Shown here piece by piece: positions 60,856-64,000 of a stretch of 64,000 bases of DNA (position 1 is the first letter of the stretch; every line of letters starts with the position of its first letter). Origin of the DNA: Flectonema sp. DT1601 (lineage: Eukaryota); the NCBI GenBank assembly GCA_964019425.1, contig OZ025802.1:682001-746000 (forward strand), written 5' to 3'. The notes below the pieces were generated by a model. It made no database searches. It was not told where the DNA came from and saw nothing but the letters and a program-made list of their open reading frames with translations. Both the position numbers and the translations under genes were made by a program.

Positions 60856-61235
60856 TTTGCTTTGTGGAAAAGAAAAAATAAAAAAATCATAACAAAACAA
60901 AACCAACTGAGAGGAAGCCCCCTCAACAAGATCTATATCAAGGCATTGCGCTTAATAAAAAGAATCTTGACAACGGGGGTAATGAGAGAAGATGAGAATG
61001 ACTACTCAGAAAGCACTAAGAGATCTTCTTACAGTTTTTTTTTAAACTGATCAACGTGAAAGTGAATGCGTCATTCGGCATTTCCCAAGTGACTTTTTTT
61101 TCAACGGAACTTAAGTTTCTCAGTAACCAGGAGGAATACCATCCCCGGTATGCTTTTTGGTTGACTCCCGCGATCAAGTCACTTGTTCATTCTTCACACT
61201 ATTAAGGTGTAAATACTCCAGACTTCTCGTCAATA

Positions 61236-62069
61236 CTACGCAACTGTACAACATTGCTCAGTGTTCTTTGATTTCCGTTCAAGTTTTGTCTGTTTTTTTT
61301 TTTTTTTTAATTTGTTAATTACGCATTTACAAAAAAAAGTGTGATGAGCGAAAACATTATATAAATTCTGCTGTTCTGTAAAACACCGTCTTTTTTTTTT
61401 TCTTTTTGTCCCTTCATCAGTTTTAGTAGTAGTTCTTATCAAAATAATTAAACTCAATCGGGAGTAGAGCAATAAGATGATTTTACATACTTTTCGTTGC
61501 GAATAGATGTGAGCTTCCTGTGCAGCTGCTTTAATAGCAGCGGTGACTGACGCTTTAAATGTTTGTTCGCCTTCAGCATCTTGCATTGCAGAACACTCAA
61601 CATAGTTGAGTGCTAAGCGCTCAGCTACTTCACGTCCTTGAGACTCATCGACTAGGGTTTTTCCTTCAACGCGTAGGGCTTCTTTGCGAGGTTCACTTTC
61701 TCGTAAATCTGTTTTCATACCGCACATTAAGATTGGAATATTTTTATGTTTTTGTTGTTCTTTTAATTCTGCCATCCAAACATTTTCTAAATTAACAAGA
61801 CTTTCCTTATTATCGACAGCGTAACACAACAAGAAACAATCAGCCGTTTCGTAAGACAGTTTTCTTATGTGCTTAAATTCCTCCTGTCCAGCAGTATCTA
61901 GCAAGACTAAATTCACTAATGTAGAACTATCGACAAACTCTCTTGCTTTGTAAACATCAATATACAAAGTCATGTCATAATCTTGTTTATAATTTCCATC
62001 TAAATACTTTTGTAGTAGTGTAGTCTTACCAACCGTTGGGTCGCCTACGATTACTATGTTGAGGTTCAT
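61236..62069 (-). CDS. Rho-family small GTPase (~210 aa spliced)
   Basis: GDPTVGKT, DTAGQE, RKLSY..ADCFLLCY, GMKTDLR with Rho insert, YVECSA; 201-nt intron 61490-61290; C-terminal CaaX-type CCTVA. Confidence 0.9.
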   Translation of the reverse strand: MNLNIVIVGDPTVGKTTLLQKYLDGNYKQDYDMTLYIDVYKAREFVDSSTLVNLVLLDTAGQEEFKHIRKLSYETADCFLLCYAVDNKESLVNLENVWMAELKEQQKHKNIPILMCGMKTDLRESEPRKEALRVEGKTLVDESQGREVAERLALNYVECSAMQDAEGEQTFKASVTAAIKAAAQEAHIYSQRKVCKIILLLYSRLSLIILIRTTTKTDEGTKRKKKRRCFTEQQNLYNVFAHHTFFCKCVINKLKKKKKQTKLERKSKNTEQCCTVA

Positions 62070-62110
62070 TTTATTTTTATTTTATTTTTTAGTACCCTGT
62101 TTCGCGGAAT

Positions 62111-62141
<31 letters not shown>

Positions 62142-62331
62142 GACCTCTCAAAATGTAACTATTAAAGAGCAGGGATAGTGTTTTTTTTTTTTTTTTTTTT
62201 TTTCAAAAATCTAATAAAATGCAAGTACACTATAATTAGAAAAAAAAAAAAAATAAATAAAGAAACAAACAAAGAAATCGTAAAAAAATTATAAATTATA
62301 AAATATAAAATGGAGCCGACGACTTCCAGGG

Positions 62332-64000
62332 TTATAATAAACCCTCGCTACCATTCCAACTAACTGTCGCACCTTTCCATTGTTCTCTAGTTCGTAGAAT
62401 GTCGTCCATGTATGGCACTAATTCGTTATTATTTCTGGGTTGGATCTGACAGCCAGAATCAATAGATAAATGATATTCCTCATCCTGACAACCTAATTGA
62501 TCGTAGTAGAACACCTCAGCTGTTGGTGAAGACAATGCCGTTGGAGACTTTGAAAAACAAACCGTATAATGCGACTCATTCCAAATACAGAATATCGGAA
62601 GCGGTGGATTCTTATAAAAATCACCAACAACAACATCACCTGTGAAATCACGAAATGATAAGAATCCAATGTCAGGAACAGAATGATCGACTCCAGACAT
62701 AGTAATAACGTCAGGTGGTGTTCCGAGCTGTTTACTTCCATCAAAGACGTTGCTTGTTGCCTTTCCAATTAATAATAAATTAACAACTTCCTGAGATGAA
62801 TACTGATGATGAACAATAAGAGAACCTGTTTCTTCATCCATATCAGAAACAACTCTCTCTGGTCCTCCTCGTGTTAATACAGCAGAGACTACTAGAGAGA
62901 GAAGACCAGTACCATTCCTATCAGTGTAGTACTCGATATTGTCAGTTATGAACCCTCTGAGAGCATCTACATCTCGTCCAACGTTCTGCTGTCTCCAAGA
63001 CTCAAGAGTAATATTCGCATCACCAAACTTCTTCTTCTGAGAGAGATCTGGTGGGAATCCAAGTATGACAGACCCACCTGCAGCAATAATATTCAAAGTG
63101 TCAACTAGTGATTCTATTGTAGCTGTTTGTTGTTGTTCCGAAGTTATTGATGACCCACAGTCACCAAAATCAATTCCATTCTCAACAATTAACTGTTTTA
63201 AAACACGAGCTTGAACTACACTCAACACCCCACAAGGACCTCCATTATTCTGAACGAGGCCGTACTTTATTATGGAAGAGAAGTAGAATCCTTGTTGTGA
63301 CCAATGCTCAGGAATGGTTTTGCGATCTCGACAGAGTAGTTCTCGTAGTTTACGTGATGTTGATAGGTCGATTGGTCGACCCATTGTGACATGAAGAGAA
63401 CGATCTTTAATATTTAGATCCCAGTCAGCTACGGTATTGTCATCTGCTATTGGAGGAGGAGTAGTTGTTGGAATGTCTTCTGAATTGTTGTTGACGTCGA
63501 TATCCCAACCGAGTTGCTTTGATTTTGATTGCTCATCAGACCGATGATTTGAAAATCCTATTTTCAATTCCTGCAAGTCTTTAGTATAAGAATCAATACT
63601 CTCATCAGTTTCGTAGTTGGTGTCACTCACATGAACATCATCAGGATGTGGTGTTACGGTAGATTCCTCTGTCTGAACTGGACTGCTTTCCTGTCTGCTG
63701 TTGGATTGCTCTTCGGTTGCTTTCTTCTTCTTGTTTTTCCTGATGGCCTTTTCTCCAGATATTAGTATGTCGTCTATTGATTTAGATTTCCCTTTCTTCG
63801 TCTTTTTTGTATCTTTGACCTTGGCCTTGGCTTTGTCTAGTTTTAGTTGAGCTGTTTCACTTCGTTTTTTCTCCTTTGCGATTGCCTTTGAGAGTTTTTG
63901 CTGTAAGTCTTTTTTTTTTTGAATCTCAGAGCGTAGTTGAACACGTGTATCCCTCTTAACCTGAAGCTGATTTTGTAAAGCCTCTTCAGTATCACTGTCT
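62332..64000 (-). CDS. MINDY3/4-type (DUF4205/FAM188) deubiquitinase, 5'-truncated by the window
   Basis: YGLVQNNGGPCGVL (catalytic Cys), SQEVVNLLLIGKATSNVFDG, IGFLS, ESHYTV (His), FYYDQL; frame is open upstream of 63630 to the window edge. Confidence 0.9.
   Translation of the reverse strand, partial: DSDTEEALQNQLQVKRDTRVQLRSEIQKKKDLQQKLSKAIAKEKKRSETAQLKLDKAKAKVKDTKKTKKGKSKSIDDILISGEKAIRKNKKKKATEEQSNSRQESSPVQTEESTVTPHPDDVHVSDTNYETDESIDSYTKDLQELKIGFSNHRSDEQSKSKQLGWDIDVNNNSEDIPTTTPPPIADDNTVADWDLNIKDRSLHVTMGRPIDLSTSRKLRELLCRDRKTIPEHWSQQGFYFSSIIKYGLVQNNGGPCGVLSVVQARVLKQLIVENGIDFGDCGSSITSEQQQTATIESLVDTLNIIAAGGSVILGFPPDLSQKKKFGDANITLESWRQQNVGRDVDALRGFITDNIEYYTDRNGTGLLSLVVSAVLTRGGPERVVSDMDEETGSLIVHHQYSSQEVVNLLLIGKATSNVFDGSKQLGTPPDVITMSGVDHSVPDIGFLSFRDFTGDVVVGDFYKNPPLPIFCIWNESHYTVCFSKSPTALSSPTAEVFYYDQLGCQDEEYHLSIDSGCQIQPRNNNELVPYMDDILRTREQWKGATVSWNGSEGLL

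Overview
AT-rich eukaryotic DNA with long poly(A)/poly(T) tracts. All 27 credible protein genes lie on the minus strand, a few interrupted by short GT-AG introns. This layout and the kinetoplastid-like RPS8 sequence point to a euglenozoan polycistronic-type gene cluster, most plausibly a diplonemid (inference). Recognisable products: exosome RRP43-like RNase PH subunit, HPR/OPR-like helical-repeat protein, Nopp140/Srp40, PTB/hnRNP-L-like RRM protein, split RING-H2 ligase, a mixed array of four RPS8 and three sigma-like GST genes, a PDZ/SH3b/B-box protein, a polycystin-2-like channel, an SK-like K+ channel, mitochondrial HSP90 (TRAP1), a Rho GTPase and a MINDY3/4-type deubiquitinase. The most interesting signals are mostly non-coding: (1) four tandem bulged-A hairpins with compensatory changes at 30.8-31.1 kb; (2) two co-oriented degenerate interspersed repeat families in spacers/UTRs, reminiscent of Leishmania SIDERs; (3) cis-intron acceptors with A-rich rather than pyrimidine tracts; (4) homogenisation of the RPS8 copies that stops at the stop codon, with a 3'-UTR intron in only one copy; (5) a one-nucleotide-off minimal hammerhead motif. 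All calls are by eye; no searches were run.
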